Under the pieces are notes generated by a model. The model made no database searches and was not told the origin of the DNA. It worked only from the letters and a program-made list of their open reading frames with translations. Shown here piece after piece: positions 24,850 through 38,968 of a stretch of DNA of 64,000 bases; position 1 is the stretch's first letter, and each line of letters opens with the position of its first letter. The stretch is from Octopus sinensis (taxonomy: Eukaryota): assembly GCF_006345805.1 (NCBI RefSeq), contig NC_043000.1, positions 142,662,001 through 142,726,000 on the forward strand. The letters run 5' to 3'. Position numbers and translations under genes: made by a program.

Positions 24850-25234
24850 ATCTTCTACTTGTTTTATGGAGGACACCACCTGGAAGGGCTTTTAGTTGAA
24901 TAAATTGATTCTAAAACTCTTATTTTAAGCCTGGTTCTTATTCTGCGGGAATTTTATGTCGAACCACTAAGTTACGGTGACTTAAACAGATCGACACTGG
25001 GTGTCAAGTGTAGTGGTAGGGCACACACGCGTGCATACATATACACACATATATACGTATATACAAATGACGAACTTCTTTCAGTTTCCGTCTACCAAAT
25101 TCACTCACAAAATATTGGTCAACTCGGAGCTATAGTAGAAACTCTTACCGAAGGTGCCATGCACTGGAACTGACTGAACCCGAAACCGTGCGGTTGCAAA
25201 GAGAGTTTCTTAACCATACAGCCATGCCTGCGCC
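24850..25234 (-). mobile_element. diverged family-A-related SINE
   Basis: Head CAGCCATGCCTGCGCC at 25219-25234. Body collinear with family A. Confidence 0.8.
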
Positions 25235-26139
25235 TAAGTGTCAGTAAAGAACTGGGGTCGATTTCCTCGGCCCTAGCCATCTCCTAACGCATGTGGCTTT
25301 TATGTTAAACCATCGTTATTTGTTTTTGTGTTATAAATCTGACACAATTTTGCAGCATCACTAGGCATCGTGTCAAGTAGCTCACCTGGATGCCGTAGCA
25401 CCCCTGGTGAAAAAAAACATGATATAAACATGTTAGCTACAAACATATTTTAATAGAGTGTGTGGCTGTCGAAAATGCTGTCACTCGTCGGCTCCCATAG
25501 CTTCGGCGACATTGTCCTGTTTGATTATTGTGTTTTTAACGCGCAATAGTTTCCGAGTGCAGGTCCCGGGAAAATGTAGGCTAGCAATGATGAAATCTGG
25601 TTGTAATACGAGGTGTATCGTGGTCGGCTGCTTCATTTTCGTAGGTAGAAGTGTGGTCGATATCTGGAAGCTGGAATGCGAAATTTCGATACGTGAATGC
25701 ATTTTTCCTTTACTTACTGCTTCGTGGATTGTAACTAGATAGAGACCATATAGCTTATTGAACATTTCATACTGGTTTCTTCAATGCAGGACTTAACAGA
25801 GTAAAACCTTCGGAGTGAGTGGGGATATAATAGATATGTTTTGCTCATGTATACAATTCACGTGGTTTCACCCTGATCGGACTACTCAGTTTTATTTTAA
25901 ACCTGGCTCAGTGGTAGACGTGGGTAGCAACATAACAATCAAATTTCACTGCCAACGATATACAGGATTCCAGAGTATTTTCGGATACTAAGATCGCAAA
26001 AGCTAGCAGATTTATTAAAAAGTAACAAATAGCAACAGAAATGTTATTAATGGCAAAAGACAATCTTTATGTCGAAATTAAGGTGAAAGGTGCGTTAGAG
26101 CGTCGCATACTGCGATACTTTCCTTGAAAGAATCCCTCA

Positions 26140-26184
<45 letters not shown>

Positions 26185-26214
26185 ATATATATATAGATAT
26201 ATATAGGGAAAAAA

Positions 26215-26540
26215 CTCCCTTTGGTCATGAATGACCATAGGATGCACCTAGAAAGTTCTGCTCCGAGCCACAAGTCTGGGCAAGGTTGCTTATGGAAGAA
26301 TAGCAGTCGCCCATGCGTACCAGTCTCCCCTTTTCACGTCACCGACGCTATCCAAGGGAAAAGCAAAGGCCGATACAGCTTTCACCAATGACGTCGCAAC
26401 TCCTTTCTAACATCGAGTGAACTGAACTAACGTGAACTATAGTGTCTTGCTCAAGAGCACAACAAAGAGCCCGGTCTGGGAATCGAACTCACTACCCCAT
26501 GAATGTGATCTTGACGCCCTAACCACTAAGGCATGCGCCT
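26215..26540 (-). mobile_element. tRNA-derived SINE, family E (CORE-like segment)
   Basis: Minus-strand head GGCGCATGCCTTAGTGGTTAGGGCG...GAGTTCGATTCCCAGACCGGG, then GTGCTCTTGAGCAAGACAC. Confidence 0.8.
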
Positions 26541-26688
26541 TCGCACACACATACATACACACATACACACACACACACATATACAGAGAGAGTGAGAGTA
26601 AGAGAAAGAGAGAGAGAGTGATGAAAAATACTAAGGAAGGGTTGAAAATGCGTCAAAATCTTTCTATATACAGGTATATTTCTTGTGT

Positions 26689-26951
26689 GTGGAGACGCGT
26701 GGCTTAGTGGTTAGGGTGTCCGCATCATCATCGTAAGATTGTGGTTTCGATTCCTGGATCGGGCGACGCGTTGTGTTCTTGAGCAAAAGACTTCATTTCA
26801 CTTGGCTCCAGTCCACTCAGCTGGCAAAAATGAGTAACGCTGCGATGGACTGGCGTCCTGCCCAACTAGGGAACATATACACCATTGAAACCGAGAAACC
26901 GGGCCCATGAGCCTGGCTAGGCTTAAAAAGGGCGCATTTATTTATTATTAT
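26689..26951 (+). mobile_element. tRNA-derived SINE, family D, (TTA)n tail, 14-bp TSD
   Basis: GGAGACGCGTGGCTTAGTGGTTAGGG...GGTTTCGATTCC. TATATTTCTTGTGT lies at 26675-26688 and 26952-26965. Second copy at 60645. Confidence 0.92.
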
Positions 26952-27459
26952 TATATTTCTTGTGTAATTAAAACAAGTTTAATATTTTAACATAAGGAGA
27001 AAATAGTGTATTGATATTTATGAAAAGCAAAATGCTGAAATACTTTTCAACGAATACCTGTTTATGTATTATCCTAACTGAATATGTACTATTGGTGTAC
27101 ATGTTCATAACTTTGACATATATATATAACACAAATGAGAAGAGAAATTACTTCGAGTCTTCTCTGTATAAAAAGGTTTTTAGTTCATGCGGTTTTGAGT
27201 GAGTTGCGTCTAAAAGAGATTTTGTCGCAAAAGAAAAATATATATATAGACAGAGATGTAGTTAGATTGACATATAGATAATGCTGGGAGGAATAACACA
27301 GACGAATATTGGAAAAAGAGAAATATATAGAGCGAAATCAATTATTGTTTGAAAAGCATAAAGCTCATGCAAAATGATGAACAGGGATACATCTAACAAA
27401 AGTTTTTCTTTCAACACGCGCACACACTAAGGCAAACACACACATACACACAGAGATTA

Positions 27460-27513
<54 letters not shown>

Positions 27514-28016
27514 TTCTTGTGTAATTAAAACAAGTTTAATATTTTAACATAAGGAGAAAATAGTGTATTGATATTTATGAAAAGCAAAATGCTGAAATAC
27601 TTTTCAACGAATACCTGTTTATGTATTATCCTAACTGAATATGTACTATTGGTGTACATGTTCATAACTTTGACATATATATATAACACAAATGAGAAGA
27701 GAAATTACTTCGAGTCTTCTCTGTATAAAAAGGTTTTTAGTTCATGCGGTTTTGAGTGAGTTGCGTCTAAAAGAGATTTTGTCGCAAAAGAAAAATATAT
27801 ATATAGACAGAGATGTAGTTAGATTGACATATAGATAATGCTGGGAGGAATAACACAGACGAATATTGGAAAAAGAGAAATATATAGAGCGAAATCAATT
27901 ATTGTTTGAAAAGCATAAAGCTCATGCAAAATGATGAACAGGGATACATCTAACAAAAGTTTTTCTTTCAACACGCGCACACACTAAGGCAAACACACAC
28001 ATACACACAGAGATTA

Positions 28017-28065
<49 letters not shown>
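26952..28065 (+). repeat. exact 557-bp tandem duplication bounded by (ATT)n tracts
   Basis: Copy 1 is 26952-27508 and copy 2 starts at 27509. Identical ORFs at 27011 and 27568 (offset 557). No differences seen by eye. Confidence 0.95.
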
Positions 28066-28077
<12 letters not shown>

Positions 28078-28084
28078 CATCATA

Positions 28085-28137
<53 letters not shown>

Positions 28138-28211
28138 GCTATTAAGTTAGACAGGGCCTGGACCAATCTTTGGTCGAAACATATCTAAGTTTATTATTAT
28201 TATTATTATCA

Positions 28212-28759
28212 TTGAGTGAGAGAACAGTGCATGCCATCTAAGTGACACTGGGGTAAAATATACGAAGCCCAGTATACCCATCATGACTACCCGTCTGATA
28301 AGGGCACACTAGGCACATGCATCACAACCATATGTGCGCGACATGGTGATCTCATATCAAAATAAACAGCACATGACCTTGCAGGTGGGGCCCAGTTAGG
28401 ATTTTCTTCAGGTCGAGTAACCCATCCCAATCGAAAGGTCCCTGAAGAAGGGTTGTTTAATGATGTTGAATGAAACACCCATGTTTCCAGAGGTGAATTA
28501 TTCAAACCCCAAAGAATCCCTCTCAACACATGGCTATGATGCTCCCCCACTACTTCTGCTCTTGATCAGAGATGCACATATCGTCAGCCACTAAGGGACA
28601 TGCTTAACTGGTTAAAGTCAAACAACTGACAAGCAAATCTGTGGTATTGAGCAGAATATTTGCTGTAGCCCATCTTTTATACCAAGACAAAACAATGTAC
28701 ATGATAACACTTCCAATCAGTTAAGATCAGAAGCCACGAGAGCCACTGCCTTGCACTGC

Positions 28760-28760
<1 letters not shown>
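28212..28760 (-). mobile_element. ~550-bp non-coding element embedded in (ATT)n, no tRNA head (orientation uncertain)
   Basis: GC-richer block with (ATT)n directly on both sides and no recognisable ORF or Pol III boxes. Confidence 0.65.
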
Positions 28761-28856
<96 letters not shown>

Positions 28857-28857
<1 letters not shown>

Positions 28858-29294
28858 TATGTTTGACTTTTGCTTTATGTCTGTACAAGTTAGCTCCAAG
28901 TCTCACCCAGAAACCTCAAGAGACAACAGGTGGGAAGTTCTGTGCCATATATTTGGGGGGGGGGTTTATATTTATTTATTTTTTTTGGTGTTGTACTAGT
29001 GAATGTCTAATACATAAAAAAATAAAAATAAATAAATAAATAAATAAAAAGTTTGTTTTAAACCTTGGGATTACATAGAGAGTATTTTGCGTAGGATATG
29101 AGCAGTATCTTTTGAATTTCTGCCATTTTGGGGTTTCCTGGTATCTGAGTTAGGTAGCAATCAGTCCCTTTCGCTATCATTCCCAGGGCACCTTTGACAA
29201 CAGGTATTGTTTTAGTCTTCAGCTTCCACATTTTGCTGATTTCTATTTCAAGATCTTTATATTTGCTCAGTTTTTGGTAGCTCTTGACAGATAC

Positions 29295-29295
<1 letters not shown>
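28857..29295 (-). mobile_element. R4/Dong-type LINE extreme 3' end inserted in (ATT)n
   Basis: QKLSKYKDLEIEISKMWKLKTKTIPVVKGALGMIAKG (RLE C-terminus), then 3' UTR and (AAT)n tail. (ATT)n also flanks the 5' side. Confidence 0.88.
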
Positions 29296-29346
<51 letters not shown>

Positions 29347-30377
29347 GATATCAACACGCACAAACGTTTCCGATATTTGGATGATAATGGGTATTTTTCC
29401 TGCATGCGTTGATTGACCTAAAGGATCCGCTGCAGACCAGGGGAAACCCAGGGTTATATTTCACTACACCAGCCATACACATTCTACGTTTGTTTTGAGC
29501 ACTTAGTAACCAAAACATGCATATGCTTACGTATACATAATTATATACATATACTAACATATATATAGAGAGAGATAAATAAGTGTGTGTTTGTATATAT
29601 ATGTATATACATATATGATATTTATATGTGCAAGAATATATTTAAGAACCTATGTGTTCTCGTATCTATATACATATGTATCTATGTTCTCTACTACGTA
29701 CAAAATAAATGGTTCACTGTTGGTTGAGTTTATTTGCTGTTATATTTTCTATGTAAAGTCGTTCAACTTGCTATGAAGTTCTTGTTGTTTTTCATGTTTT
29801 TCTATCGTGTTTTTGTTCTTTGTATTATTTTTTCATTTTTGTTTGTTTTTCGTTTTTGGGTAGTGTGTTGTTTTCTGATTCTATTTTCCATGTAGAATAT
29901 GATTAATTTTGATCAACATAAAACATGATACAGAAATAAAGATTTGATAAGCATTGCTAAGCTTATTTTTGAAGAGTTAAATCCAGACAGATTTAAATAT
30001 AGCTTAAACATTTACTATTATAAAAGCATTAGGAAAGTTAATCTCTGTTTACGAATACAACTATTAATTTCTTATTCCTTTATCATGATCTTGTGCGTTT
30101 ATGTATGAATATGTGCGTGTGTTTGAACTTTTACGTTACTCTTATTTCGTTTGTTTACCTTTTGTTAATATGCTATCTGTTTATCATAGTTTCCCATAAG
30201 CCATATCCCTGATTATCAGTCATCTTTGTATTACTCGCTTCAATTTTTTTTCAAATCTAATTAGGCATGAACGCATATTTATACATAGGTATGCGTGCAA
30301 TATATATGTACTCACATATATGCATTCATGCATGTATACATACGTACATACATACGATAGATATATCAATAATGTGC

Positions 30378-30460
<83 letters not shown>

Positions 30461-31599
30461 ATATACATACATATACACACACACACATATATATATATAT
30501 AATATATGTGCGTGTGTTTGTGTATACATATATATGCAAATATAAATACAAGTGTGCGACTATATATGCATGATTTTGTATGTTTATTGTATAAACCCTA
30601 CTTTTAGACAATTTTTTAAACGAAAATTCTATTTTAATTACAGATAAGTTTATTTCTATTAAAGTCTATTTCTATTAAAAATCTATTTATATTGAAGTCT
30701 TACGAACTATTCCGTATAGTTTCCAGTAAGAAAATGTGCTACCAACATATATACATACATACACACATACAAACATACATATATAGATACATACATAAAT
30801 ATTTACATAAATACATACCTACATACATACATTAAAGCATAAAGAAATTTTTAAAAAATATATGTTTCTAGTTATTTTGTGAATGGTCGTATATTGAAAT
30901 GAATAATTCAAGATCCTATAGATTTTGAAAAAAAAAAAAAGAAAAACTCTGTCAAAGAAACTGATTTTGTTGAAATACACATTTTTGATATATGACATCA
31001 GTAATATATTCCGTGATAAAGTCCACGAAATAACAATGGCTTATGATGCCCTTGCCTAGTTCTAAACACTACAGCGACAAGGAATTAGACATATTTTGAG
31101 AGCATAAATGTATCTATTCGTTGTGAAGCCTCTGGAGAAATGAAGGCACACGAAATATTCCTAAATGCAACGATACGCTGAGTGTACATTTTGCAGTCAG
31201 TATAGGGGCTGGAATAGCTGTATTTTAAAGTTGTTTCCCAACCACTTAGTTTGGAATTCAATTTTACAATGTGGCACCTTTTGCAAGTGTTTTCTACTCT
31301 AGCGCGGGTCGACCAAAACCTTGTGAATTGATTCGGAACACGGAAATATTTGCTCGAAATTACATCATTTCTCCGAATGTCACTGATTTATCTTATTTAA
31401 CTTTCCGTGTAAATCAATAATATAAGTGCAAATAACGTACTTGGGGATGATTCATTCGACTATACCGCTACCCTAGTAATTTCTGGTTTTGTTGTGGTGG
31501 AAATAAATCATGATCATTTGTAAGTTTGACTTGAAGTTTTAGTACACCTAAAAAGACTAATGGTAACATAGTTTAAATTATTGTCGACATTTATATCTT

Positions 31600-33150
31600 G
31601 TGTTTTGTTCGCTTTTGTTTTCTAAATGACATAACGTCGAATAGAGAGAAACAATTAAAAAATTTAATAGAGAAACCTGATACAAAGAAAATAAACGTTA
31701 AAACAAGAATTTTACAATTCCGCAGTAAATTCATTTTGTTAATATATTCAAATGAAGACAGGAAAATAAATACATAACAAAATAATACGAGGCAAACAAT
31801 AAAACAACTCCAATTTCTATCAACGACACCGAGGAAAGATTTCACAAAAAACCAATAATGTGGGCGACAACTCAGAGATTGACAATAAACTGACCTCAAA
31901 TACCTCTAGCTGATTCCCAGCTAAAGAAAGCAGACATAAGAAACTTAAACCTGAAATCGAATTCATTGTAGTCCCTTGATTTAATCTACAGTTAAGCTAA
32001 TACATTCCTACTTTATTATACAAGATAACTATAAAAGTGTTAAAGAAAAGAATATCGATTACTTTCGGTCATTGAAAACGACATAACTAAAATGACTTTT
32101 TTCTTGTATCTCCTAGGGAAAACAAAGAAAAAAGACTGTTTTCCAAACTCGTAAACTTACAATATAATCCATTCAGGTGGTAAATCGCGAACGTAGATAA
32201 AATACTCAGAAAATTAACAGCGAAGTGATTGAAATTCTTCCTATTCAAACTGGACTTTACAATTACTAAACTAATTCCGAGCCAATCTTATTAGAAGCAG
32301 TTAACAACAGTGAAAATCAAAACCTATTTAAAAATTATACAACGAAAATTGACCGTCGAGTGAATTCTCAATAAAATGGACAAAAAATAGAAATAAAAAG
32401 TAATTTCGATGAACAGAAAAGACGATAAGACGCCTGTAAACAATATTTCCAGATGTTTCAGGGAATATTTGAAACTATGAGTAACATATAATGATACTGA
32501 CTTAACGAATTGTTCTGAAAAAGTTTTCATTTCAATATTTATTACATTTGGAGACAGTGGTTTGAGGAAAATGGCAAAGCGCCGTAGATAATAGCTTACA
32601 GCAGTTATTTATTTTGTTAATTTCTACGATTCGTATTGAAATTTATATTTGTCCATTATAAGAGGGGAAATTAATTCTAATTAGTTTAAAGAGATTAGGG
32701 AGCTGGCGATTAACTTGGACGCACAGCCCGCAATATTAGCATCATTATTATTGAATGAAAAAATCTTTAAAAGCATTTAGATACGAGACATCAGTTAAAT
32801 TGAAGTAAAATTTGTGAATTATCAGACACGGTAAATAACAGGCTAAATGTCTTATAATATTTAGTTTTCTCACTCTAATCTCTATGTTCAAATTTAGACG
32901 ATATTGACATTACCTTTTGTTTTAAAATAAACAAATATTTATTGCCTTCTCCTTAAAATAAATTAATAAGGTATAAAATAAGCTGCCAGAAATCCAAAAA
33001 CGTTCGCAAATAGAGTTCCTTAAAAATGATTATGAATGTAACACTTCATAATCTATGCTTAACTTCGTAAGTAACTAGAGAAATCGAACCTATTTCATTC
33101 CTTGTGCTCCATATAAATAGCGATTTTTCAACCTAAATTCTTGCAATATT
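31600..33150 (+). mobile_element. possible very old LINE ORF2 remnant
   Basis: A-rich plus strand with scattered LINE-like peptides (e.g. NNISRCFREYL, EPISFL). Too decayed to classify. Confidence 0.25.
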
Positions 33151-35149
33151 TAGAATCTTCTATCTGTGATCTGAATTCCAAAGTTTTAAGATGACTGAAG
33201 TAATTACATGTAATAAGCTACGATTGCTTCATGCGATATGATGCGAAAGACTTCATTTCTATGTAAGAAACACATACTACAATCGTAAATGAATAGTAAA
33301 AGACACAAGGATTAAAACTTTCATCATACTTTACTTTCCTTACAGAGCGTAAAACATTTAAATTCACAGAACTGGCACTTTATTTTCTTTATGGTTTTGC
33401 ACCATCGACATAAAATATACGGCCAGATGTTAACCATAATACCTGTGTCTGAGCAAAATAATCATTGACTATCGCGAGGAAAACAGATCGTTTAGAAATC
33501 ATTATAAATGGTTATCTCATTTGTTACAGTCCTTTTCTTTCTTTTCAATGCTAAAGCCATTCTCCAGAAATTATTTGCATTATCAATGTCAGATATTGTT
33601 ATATATATTGCGTTTTGTGCTCTATTTTACCTCCGACTTTACAGCTTCGTTTCACATAATTCACGCGTCTTTCTACTGCCAGTTCGTTGAATAATACATT
33701 CATTGATTCTCTGTGTTCATGGAGAAATCTATTAAATATACAGTTAGAATATATACTTGTGTGTGGGTGTTTGTGCGCATGCAGATATTCAGAATTTCAA
33801 TTGCCGTAGAGTTGAAGCAATATAACAGTTATTTTATTTTTAGCATTTATTCATTATATTTAGGTGCGTTTATATTTCAATAACCATGTAAGCAAATATC
33901 TTCATGATTGAAATGCTTTGCGCCATCTAAGATTACGTTCCAAAATAATTCAACTTCTAATATTCTTAAAACAGGCATTTTACAATATCGTAGTATGATG
34001 TTTTATTGTTCCATACTAAGAGTAGATTTCAAGCAATAATGGGAATTTATGCAGTGTGTTTTGGTAATGGGATTTCTCAGGAAACCTACAGTGTATAAAG
34101 GTATTTCAGATGTATGTAATTATAGGGTTAGTAAAGTAATAAATGAATTACAAAATGGTATGTGCTTCCATTACTTAGGTTTAGGAATGCCTAAAATATT
34201 TAGCATTAAGGAGAGTATTCGATGGTACACTGATATGTTATTGTTAATGCTCAGCTCTAGGTCAGTACTAATCTAAAAGATTTATGAACAAAGCCATTCC
34301 GCTCATGACCTACCTAATTTTTGTTCAGCCTTAATATGCACAATTAAATTATCCAATAAGTATTTCCTTTTTATAATACAATGAGAGAAAATTAGTTGAT
34401 ATTTCTAGGACGTTTACTAATCTAGGAAAGACAAGCTTTTTGGATCATGAACATGGGAATTGTTGATGTTATGTTTTCTTTAATATTACGTTAATGTGTG
34501 TTTTGTTTTAGTAGAAGAACTAAAGAAGCACTCTCCAGAGGTACATCGAGAATTTCTTCCTAACTCATTCGCAATTAGGATGCACACCCGAGCATCGTTA
34601 CTCGCCCCGTTAACTGTATTACCCTGTTGGTAAAGCACCATGTGTCTTAAGTTTACTTAAACAACTTATTAGAGAAAGTACATAGACAGATTTTTAATTC
34701 CTTATTGTTATTTTTATTTATTTCATTTTCAGAATCCACTTCATAATATTTATTATAAGATTTCAGAATCTTGCAGATGTAACGATAAAGTAAAGTAAAA
34801 TATTTGTAATAAAACTGTGTTAACTAATGTTTATAATAAGATTACCGAAATTATTTTAGGGTAGCAGCTGTACCCTATGAAGATAGTTGCACACCTAATA
34901 AATTAAACCATAACATATTTGATGGGAAAGGTATAAAATAGGGAAAGATAGATAAGAAATGTGATATGTTAGATGTAACATGTAATTTTATAAAACGAAT
35001 GATTTGAGGTTATATTGTGAAATGATAGATAAATAATTTATTTATAGCAATGATGTTTTAAATTTGGAGCTATTTCAAGCTTGCAGTTAAGTGAGAAACT
35101 TTATATGTCATCTTCAGTTACGATTTATATAGAATTGCAGCACAGTCAA

Positions 35150-35515
35150 AGAGATTAATTATATGAGAGACGAGCAAAACGCTCCCGTCCAATGGACGGT
35201 GCTGAGTTGTCAAACATTTAAACCAAATTTTCTCAAAACAGCTTGTCCGACCGCCCCACAGGCCTCCCCTTTTCAGATACACTGATTTAACCTAAATTTG
35301 AAACACCGACAAAAGAAGAAAAAAAGATATACTTTTTCTTCTATTCCAAAGAAAAACGATTTCCCACGACTTTATCGATCGCATTCTCACCTGAAATCGA
35401 TTTTTGTAATTTTTTTAAGTCTTATACACGCTTTGATACAGTCGGTCTCTACATATGAAATTTGAGCGCAATCGGATGGAGGATGCTCGAAATCCTAGAA
35501 GCCACACACACACAC
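35150..35515 (+). mobile_element. Helitron/Helentron-type non-autonomous element, partial
   Basis: End ATATGAAATTTGAGCGCAATCGGATG...ATCCTAGAAG followed by (CA)n, a layout typical of DINE-1/HINE-like elements (from memory). Confidence 0.45.
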
Positions 35516-35516
35516 A

Positions 35517-37335
35517 CATTCTTGGAATATGGAGTGTATGAACCTATTTGGTATTGCATCGACTTTTTAAGCGATTGTTTGGAAAAAGTATGGCGAATTG
35601 GTGGACAGACCTGACAGCATATGGAAGAAGCTTAGGGACAGTAGAAATTAGGAGGGGTATCTTCCAAGGGGCTGCCTGTCCCCACTGATCTGTGTACTGT
35701 GCTTAATACCACTAACACTGATTCTGAGGAACGAAAAAGTTGGGTATGTATTCAAAAGCCGTCAACAAAAAGTCAACCATTTGTTATTCATGGATGACCT
35801 CAAACTTTATGGTAAACATGAAGCCCAAGTCAGTTCTCTCGTTGATATGGTGTATACTTTCAGAGCTGATATCAGATTGGTGTTCAGACTGAGAAAGTGT
35901 AGTGTGTTAGACTTGAAGAGAGGCAAAATCAAATGTATGGACGGGCTAACGATACAGTCGGGATAGGTTATGAAGCAGATAGAAGAGACAGGCTAGAACT
36001 ACTTGGGGATTTTGAAAATGGATAAATTGAAAGAAATGACAGAAAAATTTAAGGTGGAGTACTTGTGCAGACTGAGACTGATCCATAAGTCGAAATTAAA
36101 CGGACGGAATAAGATCGAAGCTATCGATATCTGGGCGGTTTCACTCCTTAGATAGAGAGCAAGGGTAATAGCACGGATAATAGACTAACTAAACAGCTTA
36201 GACAGAAAGACAAGAAAGTTGCTAACTAGATATGGGACACTCATCCCAAAACGTGACACAGACAGACTCTATGTAGCAAAAGAAAAGAGGGGGAAGAGGA
36301 CTTATTGGATGTAAACACAGCATTAGAGCAGAAGAAAACAGCATAGCATTGTATGTAAAAAATGCCACAGAAACGCTATCATTAGAAGTAAGAATGTCAG
36401 GCGTGTGTAGGATGACAGATTGCCAAGATAAAGCACTATGCAAGAAAGTGAAAACGAATGAAACAGAAAACAGGTGAGTAAAGAAAAGAATTCATGGACA
36501 ATTTCATAGGAATGTTAAAGATAAGACAGACAGAGAAAAAAGATGCGTGTGGATAACTAAAAGTGATTTAAAATCGGAAACGGAGGCTCTAATCAGTGCT
36601 GCTCGTGAACAAGCCCTAAGAACAAATTACTTAAAATACAGAATGACAACACATCAGAAAGTGATCAGTGCAAAATCTGTTGAGAAAACTGTGAAAATGT
36701 ATGGCATTTTACCAGCTTATGTACGCCCCTAGCCCAGAAGACATATAAGAGACGCCACGACAATATAGTAAAGCTTGTTCATTGGACACTTTGCAACAAG
36801 TATAGACTTGAGAGAGCAAAAATTTGGTACGACTACAAGCCTGAAAGCATTGTCGAAAATAGAAATGCAAAGATCCTATGGGATTTTACGATTCAGTGCG
36901 ACTATGAGATAGAGAATAGGAAACCAGACAGTCTTAATTGAGAAAGAAAGCAAACTATGCTGGATCATGGGCATAGCATGCTCAGCTGACAACAAGGTAT
37001 GCGATAAGGAAGAAAGAAATATCGAGAAATATAACAGGTTGGCTTGGGAAGTTAAGCAGTTGTGGTCGATGTAAAAGGTAGCAGTAGTAACAATTATTGC
37101 CGGAACCCTGGGAAAAGTGAGCAAAAGTTTCGAAAAGTACGTGCAACAAATATGGGCAATAAGGGTGGAGTACTTGCAGAAAACAGCACTGCTTGGAACC
37201 GTTAGAATACTCCAGAAGGTGTTCGAAAAGTAAGAGGTATTACCTTAGTTCACTGGTAGTGAACAGCTGACACAGCAGTACATCTACAACGTTAGAAGCT
37301 GTGCAAAGGAAATAACAACAACAACAATAATAATA

Positions 37336-37386
<51 letters not shown>

Positions 37387-37390
37387 GTAT
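35517..37390 (+). mobile_element. R4/Dong-type RLE LINE, 5'-truncated (~1.8 kb), (AAC)/(AAT)n tail
   Basis: EIRRGIFQG, KVNHLLFMDDLKLYGK (RT), DTDRLYVAKEKRG, ETEALISAAREQALRTN, CKIC..ENVWH..LC (zinc knuckle), KILWDFTIQCD..RKPD, EKYNRLAWEVKQLW, LQKTALLGT. Multiple stops and frameshifts. Confidence 0.93.
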
Positions 37391-38154
37391 TAAAAAGACA
37401 TGCTTACAGATCTGTCTGCATGCCTAACTTTATCAGTAGAAACCTAATCTATTTAATCCAGTCAGAATTAATTTTCCTTTGGAAATTTAAGGAATTTAAC
37501 AAAGAAATTCACATTAGAGTCTCAAAAATATATGAATAATAATAATATTGTTTCGCAATGACAGCTAGGATCATGATCCACGCGCATTAATTAGAGAATA
37601 TATGTATGTATTTCATTTTCTGTATGTGTGTGTGTGCATATATATACATATATATATGTATGTATGTGTATATATACATAGTGAGGGAGGGGGAAAGAAA
37701 AGAGGGGAGAGAGAGATGGATGGATGGGTTTTATGTTCTTTTATTAAATTTATTCCTTTCCATTATCTTCATTTGCAATTCCAAGTAGAAAACGTTACAT
37801 TTATATCTTTGGTTTTTCTAAAAGTCTTTCGTATTATATACCTGCTACGTGTGAGCGTGTGCGTGTAAGTATATGTGGGTATTTATGTGTGTGTGTCTGT
37901 GCGTATTTATGTGTGTGTATTTGGAGGTGTATGTAAATATGTGTGTGTTACTGTGTCTGTGATCGTATATGTGTATGTTCGTAAACATGTAACGCCTGGA
38001 GCATTAATGCTAGAATTGAAAATGAGCTAGCTCACATAATGAATGGCTATGTCATTAATAACCTGGATTATCTTGTCAAATTCTTCACAAACTATATTAT
38101 TATTATTATCATCAAATTTTCATTACTTTCATTTTTATAATTACAATAATAAAA

Positions 38155-38171
38155 AGTAGTAGTAGTAGTAT

Positions 38172-38205
<34 letters not shown>

Positions 38206-38212
38206 GGTGGTG

Positions 38213-38247
<35 letters not shown>

Positions 38248-38348
38248 GTAGTAGTAGTAGTAGTAGTAGTTTAGTAGTAGTAGTTTAGTAGTAGTAGTAG
38301 TAGTAGTAGTTTAGTAGTAGTAGTTTAGAAGTAGTAGTAGTAGTAGTG
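38155..38348. repeat. (GTA)n/(GTG)n trinucleotide microsatellite
   Basis: Directly visible. Confidence 0.95.
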
Positions 38349-38968
38349 TTCTTGCTGCAGTCGTTGACATTGTTTTGCCTTTTAGTTTACATTACATGCA
38401 ATGCTTGCATTTTCTGCGTGGATCAGCTTGTTTTAAGTTTTAGATATTAAATTATTTTTATTTACTTAATTAATACAGAGTTCTTTTTTGTTTTTTTTTT
38501 TTTTTTGTGTTTTTTTTTACATGTTTTCGAAATCGCAGTATCATAGCACTGATTCTTTATTGGCTTTTAAAGTACTGCACAATAACAGTTTTAGAATGAA
38601 ACATTAAACCAATACATGAGTATACATTCGTCATAACAGCACACAGCTAAATTCATTGCTTCTTGTTCGTATTATATGGATCAAATTCCAAATTTTATTC
38701 TTGCTCATAAGATTTTGTTAATATCCAGCTTCGACTTAATCATTACCATAATAACTGTCACAGTAGTTAACATACTCAACTGGAAGGAGACCAATCGCTT
38801 TCAACGAATCAACTCCATCATGATTATCATCAACGTTACTACTTTAATTTTGCATCAATCATTAGCATCCTTGTATCGTTATTAAGAATCTCTGGGTTAA
38901 ATTTTACCGCTTACGACTAATATTATTGCCATTGGATATGTGTGTGCATATGAGCGTGTGTGTGTTTG

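Noticed and set aside
25458-25765. Overlapping 94-aa ORFs in a CpG-rich segment
   Set aside because: No domain similarity recognised and no good acceptor/donor pair enclosing an open frame.
26952-28065. Duplicated 63-aa ORFs (27011, 27568) as a tandem gene pair
   Set aside because: They are a by-product of the 557-bp duplication, with a TTG start and AT-rich low-information sequence.
28442-28490. CTGAAGA...GAAAC in the 550-bp element as a hammerhead
   Set aside because: No stem II pairing between the two boxes, and no NUH or stem I.
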